A DNA stretch of 64,000 bases from an uncultured Candidatus Saccharibacteria bacterium. GTDB lineage: Bacteria > Patescibacteriota > Minisyncoccia > Minisyncoccales > JANBVM01. The stretch lies in NCBI GenBank assembly GCA_964435835.1, contig CAYSZX010000001.1:8197-72196 (forward strand), read 5' to 3'. A program made the translations under genes and the position numbers. Positions 29,928-38,543 of this stretch are shown here, in pieces. The notes beneath the pieces were generated by a model that saw only the letters and a list, made by a program, of their open reading frames with translations, was not told where the DNA came from and did not search any database. Every line of letters begins with the position of its first letter. Positions within the stretch are counted from its first letter, which is position 1.

Positions 29928-29949
29928 GTATTCTACTCTTTCCTTTTAG

Positions 29950-30095
29950 TTTAGATTTTATTGCCTTGCTCTATCTTAATATAGTTCTGAACGAACTCAA
30001 GTGGGTGCTTAAGATGTATCCCACGAGATACAATCATTATCAAGCTCCCTTTAAAAAATTATTACAGAATATATTTAGAAGAGCAAGGCATTTTT
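29950..30095. ncRNA. Candidate structured RNA of unknown class in a convergent intergenic gap
   Basis: GCCTTGCTCT (29956-29965) pairs with AGAGCAAGGC (30080-30089) as a long-range 10-bp stem. Inside are a GTGGG-N14-CCCAC hairpin (30001-30024) and locally elevated GC. No ORF is present and strand is undetermined. Confidence 0.25.
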
Positions 30096-30180
30096 AATTC
30101 TATCTTACTGAAAAAGCGTTGTCAAAAATCATATTAAAAACAGAAAATCTTTCGGTTTAGATTGCTGTTTCTAATTAGAA

Positions 30181-31251
30181 TTAATCGATATCAAAAATAC
30201 TAATAATTTGTCTCAAGAGAGAAATAATAACTGGAGCTGGCATTAAACTATAAGAATCCTTACCATCATCATCTTTAAAAACCCATGGTCGTTCTTCCGT
30301 TTTAATTTCGCCTGTTTCTTTATCTCTAGTCAAAACATATTCAGGAGTAATTTCGTAGTCATCAACTAACTCCTCAGCTTTATCAACAGGAACAGAATTT
30401 CTTAATAATATTTTAGGTATCCCGTGCAGTGAAAAAGCTTTTTGAATTAAATTGTCATCTCTTTCCAATCTTTCCTGAATATTTTCTATACCTAATTCAT
30501 CTCCTTCTTTAGCCACCATTCTAATCTTTTCACATTCAGGATTATCACAATACAAAAAGAATTCGTCCTTTTTATCGTCGTAACCTTTTTCCGGCGTTGG
30601 AAGTAATTTTAAATTTCTTGAAGTTTTACATTTAGGACAAATTCTTCTCCATTTAATTCTTTCATCAATAACATTCTCAGGAACATCAATTAAAACAAAA
30701 ACATCAGGGTCACCCCTGTAACCAATCAAGTCTCTAAAAAATAACGAAAAATCAATTTGGCCTAAATTTCTTGGAAAGCCATCCAATAAAAGAGTTTTCT
30801 TTTTAGATTGAGAAACTTCTCTTTTAATTAAAGTTAGAATTAATTCGGTTGGCAATAATCTTTTAGTACTTCTATTTTCTAAACTTTCAATAATTTCATC
30901 AACAGAATGAGTTCCTCTATAATTCTTTCTTAAATACTGAAATAATTCTTTTTTCTTTTCTTCATCAGCTAACTCTTCATCTACTTCTCTAATCATATCC
31001 CCAACTGAAAAATGTCTTATCAAATCATCCCCGATTAAATTAACCAACATTTTAGAATAAGTTCCTTTTCCTGAATTCTTTTTACCTAACAAATAAGCAA
31101 TAAAAGTACTGTCTTTTAAATAATTCCTTACTTTCTTAATCTCATCTCCTGCTTTTAATTGAAAGTACTCTTTTTGCTCTTCGGGATTAGTAAGATCAAA
31201 ATCTTTATCAACCCCTTCCACTTTAGTTTTACACAAAGGAAATTTGCTCAT
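30181..31251 (-). CDS. Enlarged adenylate-kinase-family protein with zinc LID and N- and C-terminal extensions
   Basis: YLLGKKNSGKGTYSKML...FSVGDMIREV aligns with the AK P-loop/NMP-bind region (LLGAPGAGKGTQ...STGDMLRAAV). LLLDGFPRNLGQIDF matches the AK core. CPKCKTS...CDNPEC is a Cys4 LID. 356 aa, against about 215 aa for canonical AK. Confidence 0.6.
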   Translation of the reverse strand: MSKFPLCKTKVEGVDKDFDLTNPEEQKEYFQLKAGDEIKKVRNYLKDSTFIAYLLGKKNSGKGTYSKMLVNLIGDDLIRHFSVGDMIREVDEELADEEKKKELFQYLRKNYRGTHSVDEIIESLENRSTKRLLPTELILTLIKREVSQSKKKTLLLDGFPRNLGQIDFSLFFRDLIGYRGDPDVFVLIDVPENVIDERIKWRRICPKCKTSRNLKLLPTPEKGYDDKKDEFFLYCDNPECEKIRMVAKEGDELGIENIQERLERDDNLIQKAFSLHGIPKILLRNSVPVDKAEELVDDYEITPEYVLTRDKETGEIKTEERPWVFKDDDGKDSYSLMPAPVIISLLRQIISIFDID

Positions 31252-31256
31252 ATTAT

Positions 31257-32108
31257 TTAATTAATTTTAATATTTTCACCATTAGAGATAATCTCAATAT
31301 CTCCATTTAAATCTGTTCTTAAAATACTTATATCATATTTACCTAAAACCTCCAAAATTTCAGGAGCGGGATGATTATAACGATTATCTCTTCCAGCAGA
31401 AATTACTCCAATTTCAGGACTAACTAACCTAATAAAGTCATCAGAAGAAGAAGTTTTGCTGCCATGATGAGCAACTTTTAAAACATTGGATTGAATATAC
31501 AAACCTTTTTCAATAATGTCTTTTTCATCTGAACTAGTTATATCACCAGTAAATAAAAAAGAGTTATTGCCAAAGACTAGACGAAGAACAATAGAACTAC
31601 TATTAAAATCTTTAACCTCTTCCCTTTTTAATTCCTCGAAGGGATACAGGATATCAAAATAAACCTGAGAGGTTTTAATCTTTTTTCCAGAAAAGCCTAT
31701 CTCTTCTTTGAAACCTCCGTTTTCTATTAACCTCTTCCATTCATTATTTTCTCCAGTTTCTTTTAATAATCCATTCCATAAAACATAATCAACCTGGTAT
31801 CTTTTCAAAACTTCTATCAAGCCACTCAAATGATCATGGTCAGCATGAGTTAAAACAATCAAATCAATAGACTTATCCCAGAAATCCATATTCTCACCCA
31901 ATTTTTCTAAAACTGCATCCGTAGGTCCTCCATCAATTAAAATCTGATAATTCTTAGGAGTTTGAATAAAAATAGAATCTCCCTGGCCAATATCAAAAAA
32001 ATCAACTCTTAAAGGATAAACACGCACCAAACTATAAACAACACTCCAAGCAAGTACGTTCAAAAAGACTAAAGACAATAAGATAGTTTTCTTGTTTCTT
32101 TTTTTCAT
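31257..32108 (-). CDS. Membrane-anchored MBL-fold hydrolase of the ComEC C-terminal-domain type
   Basis: VDFFDIGQGDSIFIQTP...ILIDGG...LIVLTHADHDHLSGL...KVAHHGS is the metallo-beta-lactamase HxHxDH motif set of the ComEC/Rec2 nuclease domain. N-terminal TM helix. The ComEC channel domain is absent. Confidence 0.7.
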   Translation of the reverse strand: MKKRNKKTILLSLVFLNVLAWSVVYSLVRVYPLRVDFFDIGQGDSIFIQTPKNYQILIDGGPTDAVLEKLGENMDFWDKSIDLIVLTHADHDHLSGLIEVLKRYQVDYVLWNGLLKETGENNEWKRLIENGGFKEEIGFSGKKIKTSQVYFDILYPFEELKREEVKDFNSSSIVLRLVFGNNSFLFTGDITSSDEKDIIEKGLYIQSNVLKVAHHGSKTSSSDDFIRLVSPEIGVISAGRDNRYNHPAPEILEVLGKYDISILRTDLNGDIEIISNGENIKIN

Positions 32109-32171
32109 TTTTTAATTATAACAAAACGCCCAACTTAAAGTAATTGGGCGCTTTGCAAAAGTGAGAATAGA

Positions 32172-32354
32172 TTATTTTTTGTTAGGTAGAATTCTAAACA
32201 ATCCTGTTCCACAAACAGAACATTTATCCTTTAAAGCTCTTCTTTTAGTATTACCTTTTCCTTTCATTTCAACTTCTTCCGGATCTTCCATTTCTCTCTT
32301 TTTTTTGCACTTTACACAATAGGCTGTGTATTTTTTGTCTTTATCGTCTGCCAT
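32172..32354 (-). CDS. Small zinc-ribbon protein
   Basis: Taken from ATG at 32352-32354: MADDKDKKYTAYCVKCKKKREMEDPEEVEMKGKGNTKRRALKDKCSVCGTGLFRILP (CxxC-x26-CxxC). The ORF-track start at 32375 is a TTG that lies inside the palindrome. Confidence 0.5.
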   Translation of the reverse strand: MADDKDKKYTAYCVKCKKKREMEDPEEVEMKGKGNTKRRALKDKCSVCGTGLFRILPNKK

Positions 32355-32361
32355 ATTTTTT

Positions 32362-32375
32362 TTGTTGATCAACAA
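32362..32375. promoter_or_regulatory. Perfect 14-bp palindrome TTGTTGATCAACAA just upstream of the zinc-ribbon gene
   Basis: Perfect dyad symmetry 8-21 nt upstream of the ATG. Candidate operator or RNA hairpin. Confidence 0.3.
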
Positions 32376-32456
32376 TAATTAACGACCTTTAAAATTAACC
32401 TTTTTTAACTTTATACATTGTAGGTTTAAGGGGGAATATAGTCAAGTACAAAATAA

Positions 32457-33011
32457 CTACAATTCTAAGTCTTCAGAAATATTTTGCATCGAAAGCAAAA
32501 CAATTTCTATTAACTCTTTTAAAGACAAATTCAAATATTCTTTACATTTTTTAATGTTTTTTCTGCTAACTCCTTGGGCAAACCTCTCTTCTTTAAAACG
32601 ATTTAAAGCATTTTCAACTTTTAAATCTTTTATCTCTTTTGAAGGTAAAACCAAAGTAGCAGCCACAATTAAACCAGTCAAAGAATCAATACAAAACAAA
32701 GACTTTGCCATTAATCCTTGCGGAGGAATTCCATGAGCTTCATTATGAGCCAAGACAGCATCACAAAACTTCTCATTAAAACCTTCTTTCTTTAAAATCT
32801 CGGCTCCCTTCTTTGAATGTAAGTTCGTATCGTCTTTAGTGATTTCATAATCAATATCATGTAATAAACCACAAATTCCCCATAACTCTTCATTTTTATC
32901 AAAATGTTGAGCCAAACCCTTCATTCCTGCTTCAACAGCTAAACTATGCTTAATTAAATTTTTATTTTTTAAGTTTTCTTTTAATAAATTAAAAGCATCT
33001 TTTCTATTCAT
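32457..33011 (-). CDS. HD-domain phosphohydrolase
   Basis: HSLAVEAGMKGLAQHF...WGICGLLHDIDYEI...AHNEAHG is the H...HD...H...D metal-ligand pattern. The start is taken at MNRKDAFNLL (33011), because the longer ORF-track N-terminus is a hydrophobic low-complexity read-through overlapping ppaC. Confidence 0.6.
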   Translation of the reverse strand: MNRKDAFNLLKENLKNKNLIKHSLAVEAGMKGLAQHFDKNEELWGICGLLHDIDYEITKDDTNLHSKKGAEILKKEGFNEKFCDAVLAHNEAHGIPPQGLMAKSLFCIDSLTGLIVAATLVLPSKEIKDLKVENALNRFKEERFAQGVSRKNIKKCKEYLNLSLKELIEIVLLSMQNISEDLEL

Positions 33012-33069
33012 AATTGATGTGATAAATAAATTAATATATAATCGGAATATAATATAAATATAATTAAAA

Positions 33070-34011
33070 ATGCAAAAAGACACAAACAAGATTTACGTTG
33101 TCGGCCATAAAAGTCCCGACACTGATAGTATCTGTTCAGCCATAGCTTATGCTTATTATTTAAACAAAAAAGGCAATGAAGCTATAGCTTGTCGAAGTGG
33201 AGAAATAAATAAGGAAACAGAATATGTTTTAGATCGCTTTAATTTCGAAAAACCTCAACTTTTAAAAAGCGCCAAGGGGAAAAATATAATTCTTGTTGAT
33301 CATAACGAAAAAGAACAATCCCCAGACGATATAGAAGAGGCCAATATTGTGCAAATTATTGATCACCATAAAGTTAATTTTAAACACAATAAAGCTATTG
33401 CTTTCTACGTAGAACCAATTGGTTCCACAGCAACAATAATAACAAAACAATTCTTAAAAGATCCAGATGTTGAATTAACAAAAGAAGTAGCTGGTCTTTT
33501 ACTCTCAGCAATATTATCAGATACAGTAATCTTTAGATCTCCAACCACAACAAGAGAAGATGTAATTTTAGTTAAAAAATTAGCCGAAGTAACTGAAATT
33601 AAAAATATAGAAGAATTTGGTATTGAAATAAAAAAAGCCAAATCTTCCTTAAAAGGATTAAAACCTAAAGAAATAATTTTAGATGATTTTAAGGAATACA
33701 AATTTGGCAAAAAGAAAATAGGATGTGGTCAAATAGAAGTTTGTAGTTTAGAAGAAACAAACAAAAAAGAAAAAGAGCTTCTGCAAGAAATAGAAAAGAT
33801 AGCAAAAGAAAGAAATTATGATCTTCTAGTATTAATGGCTACCGATATCATTAAACAAGCTACTAAGTTCTTATTTTGGGAAAAAGAAAATTATATGGAA
33901 AAAACCTTTGATGAAAAACCAGAAAACAACACTCTTTACATTAAAGGAATAATGTCTAGAAAAAAACAGGTTATTCCTCCTCTAACTAAAGTTTTTTCTG
34001 AAAATAAATAG
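33070..34011 (+). CDS. ppaC: Manganese-dependent inorganic pyrophosphatase, family II
   Basis: VVGHKSPDTDSICSAIAYAY...LVDHNE...IIDHHK (DHH motifs)...SAILSDT...MSRKKQVIPPLT is the family-II PPase C-terminal signature. 313 aa. Confidence 0.85.
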   Translation: MQKDTNKIYVVGHKSPDTDSICSAIAYAYYLNKKGNEAIACRSGEINKETEYVLDRFNFEKPQLLKSAKGKNIILVDHNEKEQSPDDIEEANIVQIIDHHKVNFKHNKAIAFYVEPIGSTATIITKQFLKDPDVELTKEVAGLLLSAILSDTVIFRSPTTTREDVILVKKLAEVTEIKNIEEFGIEIKKAKSSLKGLKPKEIILDDFKEYKFGKKKIGCGQIEVCSLEETNKKEKELLQEIEKIAKERNYDLLVLMATDIIKQATKFLFWEKENYMEKTFDEKPENNTLYIKGIMSRKKQVIPPLTKVFSENK

Positions 34012-34024
34012 AAAATAAATTTTT

Positions 34025-35293
34025 CTATCTATCTTTCTTAATAGTTTTTGCAACTCTTTCTACTGCTAAAAGATAAGCTGCTTTGTTCAAGCTTATCTTT
34101 TTTGATTTAGATAATTTCCAAACTTCATCAAATGATTTGCCTAAACTTTTTTCAAGGCCTTCAAATGTTTTCTTCTTATCCCATTTACTATCTTCTATGT
34201 TTTGTAGCCATTCAAAATAAGAAGCAGTTACCCCACCTGCATTAGATAAAATATCAGGAATAATAGTAATATTTCTTTTTTCTAAAATCTTTCGAGCTTC
34301 CTCGGTAATAGGATTATTGGCCATAGCAATAATATGTTTAGCTTTAATTTTAGAGGCATTATCTTCAGTAATGACATTTTCTACGGCTGCTGGGACTAAA
34401 ACGTCTACTTCGGCCTCTAAAAGCTCCTTATTGCTAATTGTTCTTCCTTCTTCCGCATCACAAACCGAACCTTTACAATAACAGCCAGCTATTTCTCCTT
34501 TTTCTTGTCGACATTTAAAAACCATTTCTGGATTTAGTCCTTCTTCTTTTAAACAAACTCCTCCTCCGTATTCAGACAAATAAATAATTTTATAACCTTT
34601 TTCAAAAGCATACTTAGCAAAATGAAAACCAACATTGCCGAACCCCTGGATGGCAAGAGTAGTTTCCTCGGGCTTCAAACCAATAACTTCTCTCAATTTT
34701 TCTAAAACAACAACTCCTCCGTAACCAGTTGCTTCCATTCTTCCTTTTAATCCTCCTTTCTTTAAAGATTTCCCAGTAAAAGAAGCCGGACTAGATTCCC
34801 CTTTTAATTTAGAAAATTCATCAACCATCCAAGCCATTATTAGGGCATTAGTATTCATATCAGGAGCAGGAACATCTTTATGAGGACCAATTAAAGGAAA
34901 TAATTTTCTAACATAACCACGAGAAAGTCTTTCCAGTTCTTTTTTACTTAACTCCTTAGGATTAACAATTACTCCTCCCTTTCCTCCGCCAAAAGCAATA
35001 CCAGCTAATGAACATTTCCAAGTCATTAACATTGATAAAGTCTTAATTTCCTCTTCAGAAACTTTTTCATAAAAACGAATACCTCCTTTGTAAGGACCTA
35101 AAGCATTATTATGCTGAGACCTATAAGCAGTAAAAACTTTGGTTTTACCATTATCCATCAAGACAGGAATTTGAAACTTAGCTAAAAAATTAACTTCTTT
35201 CAATTCCTCAATTAAATTAGAATCTAAAGATAATTCTTTTGCTATTTTAATAAATTGATTCTGAGCCTCTTTAAAAATATTATTTTCTTCCAT
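34025..35293 (-). CDS. gdhA: Glutamate (Glu/Leu/Phe/Val-family) dehydrogenase
   Basis: GPYKGGIRFYEKVSEEEIKTLSMLMTWKCSLAGIAFGGGKGG is the GDH catalytic-Lys and glycine-rich motif. Rossmann motif IQGFGNVG. Confidence 0.85.
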   Translation of the reverse strand: MEENNIFKEAQNQFIKIAKELSLDSNLIEELKEVNFLAKFQIPVLMDNGKTKVFTAYRSQHNNALGPYKGGIRFYEKVSEEEIKTLSMLMTWKCSLAGIAFGGGKGGVIVNPKELSKKELERLSRGYVRKLFPLIGPHKDVPAPDMNTNALIMAWMVDEFSKLKGESSPASFTGKSLKKGGLKGRMEATGYGGVVVLEKLREVIGLKPEETTLAIQGFGNVGFHFAKYAFEKGYKIIYLSEYGGGVCLKEEGLNPEMVFKCRQEKGEIAGCYCKGSVCDAEEGRTISNKELLEAEVDVLVPAAVENVITEDNASKIKAKHIIAMANNPITEEARKILEKRNITIIPDILSNAGGVTASYFEWLQNIEDSKWDKKKTFEGLEKSLGKSFDEVWKLSKSKKISLNKAAYLLAVERVAKTIKKDR

Positions 35294-35308
35294 AGTTTAA
35301 GATTTATA

Positions 35309-36427
35309 TTAAAACTCTCCCCGAACTCCGTCTTGAGACAACTGAACATTAAGAGGGGTAATTTTATTCTTCTTCCATTTTTCAATAATCTTTTCTGAAG
35401 AATTATTAAAAATAATACCAATTCCACAATCTCCTCCGCCTGCACCTGACAACTTACCAACACCTCCCTCATGATTAACAATATCGCTTAAAACTTTTAA
35501 TTTTTTAGTCTCAATATTAACTTCACTTTTTTCTCCTAGTTCTTTTAAATAGGTTCTATTCTTTTTTAAAGCAAGAATAATTTTCTCTTTATCTTCCTTT
35601 TGCCAAGCCTCTATTAATTCTTCAGTGATATCAGCTATTTTATTCATTAGTTTTTTATACTCCCTCTTATTGTTTTCTTTCCATTGATACATTTGTCTAA
35701 CCATTTTTGGAGTCGAAGAGGCATTGCCTGTCCACCCCACTAACAATTTAAATCTTTTAGGAATATAAAGAGAGTCAATATAAAGTTCCGGCCACCTCAT
35801 ACCCACAATTTCACTAAAACTTCTATTCTTTTCAATTTGTTCAACCAACCAAGACGGATCAAACCTTTTATAAGTAATAATTCCTCCGAAGGTAGAAGAG
35901 GCTATCCCAAAACCCGATCCAATTTTTTCTTGGGCCAAATAATGAGAGATAGCTGCTAATTTGTAAATTTTACCTTTGGAGTCTTTTCTCTTAATATCTT
36001 TTCCGTGAAACTTTAAAAGACTAGAAACCACCGCCACTGTACTAGCAGCAGAAGCTCCAATTCCCACCGAAACTACTTTATCATTAATTTTAGTAGTTAC
36101 TTTTTCTCCCCAAACAGTAATTTCAAAAGGTTCAACTTTATCTAAATAATTGATAATAGCTTCAATTGCTGATTTTACAAATAAAATATCTTGCTTCTCT
36201 TCTTTACTAATTTCTTTTTCAAAAACTAATTTATTATTCTTAATAGAAGCTTTTAATTTTTTAATTCCAAAGTCTTTAATCGAAATATAAATAAAATCGT
36301 CTTTTGATTTTTTTGTTTCAGCAAAAATTCTTCTGTTTACAGAAGCTACTATTAAGGGATTACCTGTTTCTAAAACAGCCCATTCCCCCGCAAGACAAAC
36401 CTTTCCTGGAGCCGAAACCTTTACCAT
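35309..36427 (-). CDS. GHMP kinase, most likely phosphomevalonate kinase
   Basis: SAPGKVCLAGEWAVLE resembles the PMK N-terminus (WAGEYAILE). GHMP ATP motif SGAGGGD-like (LSGAGGGDCG). Directly upstream of mvaD. Mevalonate kinase cannot be excluded. Confidence 0.65.
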   Translation of the reverse strand: MVKVSAPGKVCLAGEWAVLETGNPLIVASVNRRIFAETKKSKDDFIYISIKDFGIKKLKASIKNNKLVFEKEISKEEKQDILFVKSAIEAIINYLDKVEPFEITVWGEKVTTKINDKVVSVGIGASAASTVAVVSSLLKFHGKDIKRKDSKGKIYKLAAISHYLAQEKIGSGFGIASSTFGGIITYKRFDPSWLVEQIEKNRSFSEIVGMRWPELYIDSLYIPKRFKLLVGWTGNASSTPKMVRQMYQWKENNKREYKKLMNKIADITEELIEAWQKEDKEKIILALKKNRTYLKELGEKSEVNIETKKLKVLSDIVNHEGGVGKLSGAGGGDCGIGIIFNNSSEKIIEKWKKNKITPLNVQLSQDGVRGEF

Positions 36428-36430
36428 AAA

Positions 36431-37426
36431 TTAAAATAAATGTTTATTAGTAATTCTAGAACCTTGACCAGGTTTAGTAATAATAATATCTTTTACTCCT
36501 TCTATCTTTTTACACTTTTTCTGAATCTTATCAACATCTTTTTTTAAGCAAATAATTTTTACCTGAGGACCAGCATCAATAGTAAAATAAGACTCTAATC
36601 CTTCTTCACGCCAACCCATAATCGATTTTATAATTCTTATTGTTACATCATTCCAATAAATCAATGAAGGTTTTGTGGTCATCATTACCGAATGCATTTT
36701 TAAACAGTTCCTTTCACTGACTTCCCCAACAAGACTAAAATCTTTTCTTTGAAGTCCTTTCTCTATTTCTTGAATATCCTTTTGAATACTTAATAACCAA
36801 CCACTATACATTGGAGAAGTACTAACGCTAGCTGCCATTCCCGCTCTTGATTTAACTTTCTTTTCTTGTCTAGAAGTAATACAACAAATCATTCTGAAAT
36901 CAGACCAATCATTAAGAATTTGCTCAGCATAAGAATCAGAACCATCTGGCTCTTCTCCTTTATACCATTTTACAAATCCTCCAAAAATAGATCTGGTAGA
37001 AGACCCGGAACCCTGTCTACTTAATTGACTAAGCTCTTTCTTAGCCAAATCTAGATCCAAAGCATCGTTAATTGCCGCCGACAAAGCAGAAAAACCAGAA
37101 GCTGAAGAAGCTAAACCAGCTGCAGTAGGAAAATTATTTTCGCTCATAATTTTAACTTTTAAATCTTCTCCTGTTTTTTCCCTTATCTTTTCTAAAAATC
37201 TTCCAATATATTTTTTATAATTTTTAGTATTTTTTTTAACTTTTTCCCTATTTAAAATAAAAATATCTTCGGAATATTTTTTGTTAAATTCAACTGTTGT
37301 ATGAGTTTTTAAAGTATCAACAGTCATACTAATACTACTATTATAAGGAAGAATAAGATTCTGATCTCTTTTTCCCCAGTATTTAACTAAAGCAATATTA
37401 GGATGTGATATAGCTGAAGATTTCAT
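36431..37426 (-). CDS. mvaD: Diphosphomevalonate decarboxylase
   Basis: NIALVKYWGKRD is the hallmark MVD motif. GHMP motif PTAAGLASSASG. 331 aa. Confidence 0.8.
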   Translation of the reverse strand: MKSSAISHPNIALVKYWGKRDQNLILPYNSSISMTVDTLKTHTTVEFNKKYSEDIFILNREKVKKNTKNYKKYIGRFLEKIREKTGEDLKVKIMSENNFPTAAGLASSASGFSALSAAINDALDLDLAKKELSQLSRQGSGSSTRSIFGGFVKWYKGEEPDGSDSYAEQILNDWSDFRMICCITSRQEKKVKSRAGMAASVSTSPMYSGWLLSIQKDIQEIEKGLQRKDFSLVGEVSERNCLKMHSVMMTTKPSLIYWNDVTIRIIKSIMGWREEGLESYFTIDAGPQVKIICLKKDVDKIQKKCKKIEGVKDIIITKPGQGSRITNKHLF

Positions 37427-37428
37427 AT

Positions 37429-37707
37429 CTATTTTTTATTTATCTTAATAGCTTTACCTTTAATTAAAGCTTCAGCGATTTTTTCATGAGCAGAAATCAA
37501 AATTCTACTTAAAGTACTTTGAGAAATCTCCATCTTTTTGGCTGCTTTAACCTGACTAATTCCTTTTAAATTACAAAGCCTAATTGCTTCTAATTCAGCA
37601 ACCTCTAAAGAAATCTCTTCCAAATCTCTAAGAGGAACGGCAACCGGTTTAAAATAAGTAACACCGGGATCAAATAAAACTTTTCTTGGTTTTCTTGGTC
37701 TTACCAT
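37429..37707 (-). CDS. DUF134/UPF0251-family predicted DNA-binding protein (sigma-70 region-4-like HTH)
   Basis: MVRPRKPRKVLFDPGVTYFKPVAVPLRDLEEISLEVAELEAIRLCNLKGISQVKAAKKMEISQSTLSRIL matches the characteristic DUF134 N-terminus (RPRK-CR...P.V..FKP) and its HTH. Confidence 0.65.
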   Translation of the reverse strand: MVRPRKPRKVLFDPGVTYFKPVAVPLRDLEEISLEVAELEAIRLCNLKGISQVKAAKKMEISQSTLSRILISAHEKIAEALIKGKAIKINKK

Positions 37708-37714
37708 AATAAAA

Positions 37715-38221
37715 TTACTCTGGAAGAATTCCTAAAGTATTATTAAAGCGATTAATATAATTAAACAACCCAACAACAGAAACAATTTCCACTATCTGAA
37801 CCTCTGAAAATTTATCTCTAATCTTTTCAAGAAGCTTTTCTTGATCAATAAGAGCATTATCAGTAATATCTTTTACTAAATCTAAAAGTTCCTTTTCTTG
37901 ATCAGTGGTATTTTTAATTTCATCTAAAACCTTTTCAGTAGCTCCTAATTTTTTAATCATTTTTTCGGTAACATCAACACAAAAAGGACATTTTAATTCT
38001 TTAGAAACAGTATAAGCAATTTTCCATTTCAAAAGAATGTTTATTTCTCCTTTTTTCATAACAGAACTAAATAGCTCTGTAAATTCTTTTAAAATAGAAG
38101 GAGAATGAGCCATTACCCTAACCCATTCAGGAACACTTCCTGTTTTCTTCTCAAATTTTTGATAAACTTTTTTAGCAACATCATTAACCTCTTTTTTACT
38201 TAAAGGAGGAATTATAGCCAT
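37715..38221 (-). CDS. Carboxymuconolactone-decarboxylase/AhpD-like family protein
   Basis: PEWVRVMAHSPSILKEF...WKIAYTVSKELKCPFCVD is the AhpD-fold with a CxxC-type motif. The start is taken at MAIIPPLSKK; the upstream 16 residues of the ORF track are hydrophobic. Confidence 0.55.
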   Translation of the reverse strand: MAIIPPLSKKEVNDVAKKVYQKFEKKTGSVPEWVRVMAHSPSILKEFTELFSSVMKKGEINILLKWKIAYTVSKELKCPFCVDVTEKMIKKLGATEKVLDEIKNTTDQEKELLDLVKDITDNALIDQEKLLEKIRDKFSEVQIVEIVSVVGLFNYINRFNNTLGILPE

Positions 38222-38318
38222 AAAAAATAAAGTTATTTTAATAACTAAAAATAACACAAAAATAAACAAAAATACAGAAAAAGCTTCTCACAAATGAGAA
38301 GCTCCTCTGTAAACTAAA

Positions 38319-38543
38319 TTATTTTTCGGATTCTAGTTCCTTGATCCTTTTCTGAAGAGCTTCAACTTCCTCTTCTAACATTTCTTTTTCTTGTTTCTTG
38401 CTAACTGGTGCTCTATAACCCCATCCGCATCCTCTACCAAACCCTCTACCAAACCCTCGTCTACAACCACCTCCGCAATAACCCATTCCTCTTCCTGTCA
38501 TTGGACCAAGACCTCTAGGACCTGTTTTATCAAATCCTGGCAT
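38319..38543 (-). CDS. DUF5320-family small Gly/Arg-rich protein with a C-terminal coiled coil
   Basis: MPGFDKTGPRGLGPMTGRGMGYCGGG... then GFGRGFGRG repeats, then EKEMLEEEVEALQKRIKELE. The N-terminal MP.-DGTGP.G.GPMTGRG.GYC block is typical of DUF5320. Confidence 0.55.
   Translation of the reverse strand: MPGFDKTGPRGLGPMTGRGMGYCGGGCRRGFGRGFGRGCGWGYRAPVSKKQEKEMLEEEVEALQKRIKELESEK

Noticed and set aside
33012-33089. Hydrophobic N-terminal extension of the HD gene overlapping the ppaC start
   Set aside because: MFVSFCIFNYIYIIFRLYINLFITSI is an AT-rich read-through. Starting at MNRKD removes the overlap and leaves a sensible divergent promoter gap.
32554-33710. ORFs 32554-32736 (+), 33262-33450 (-) and 33405-33710 (-)
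   Set aside because: They are antisense to or embedded within the HD and ppaC genes and have no motifs.
35242-35481. 79-aa minus-strand ORF bridging the gdh and PMK genes in another frame
   Set aside because: It overlaps two well-supported genes and is low-complexity.
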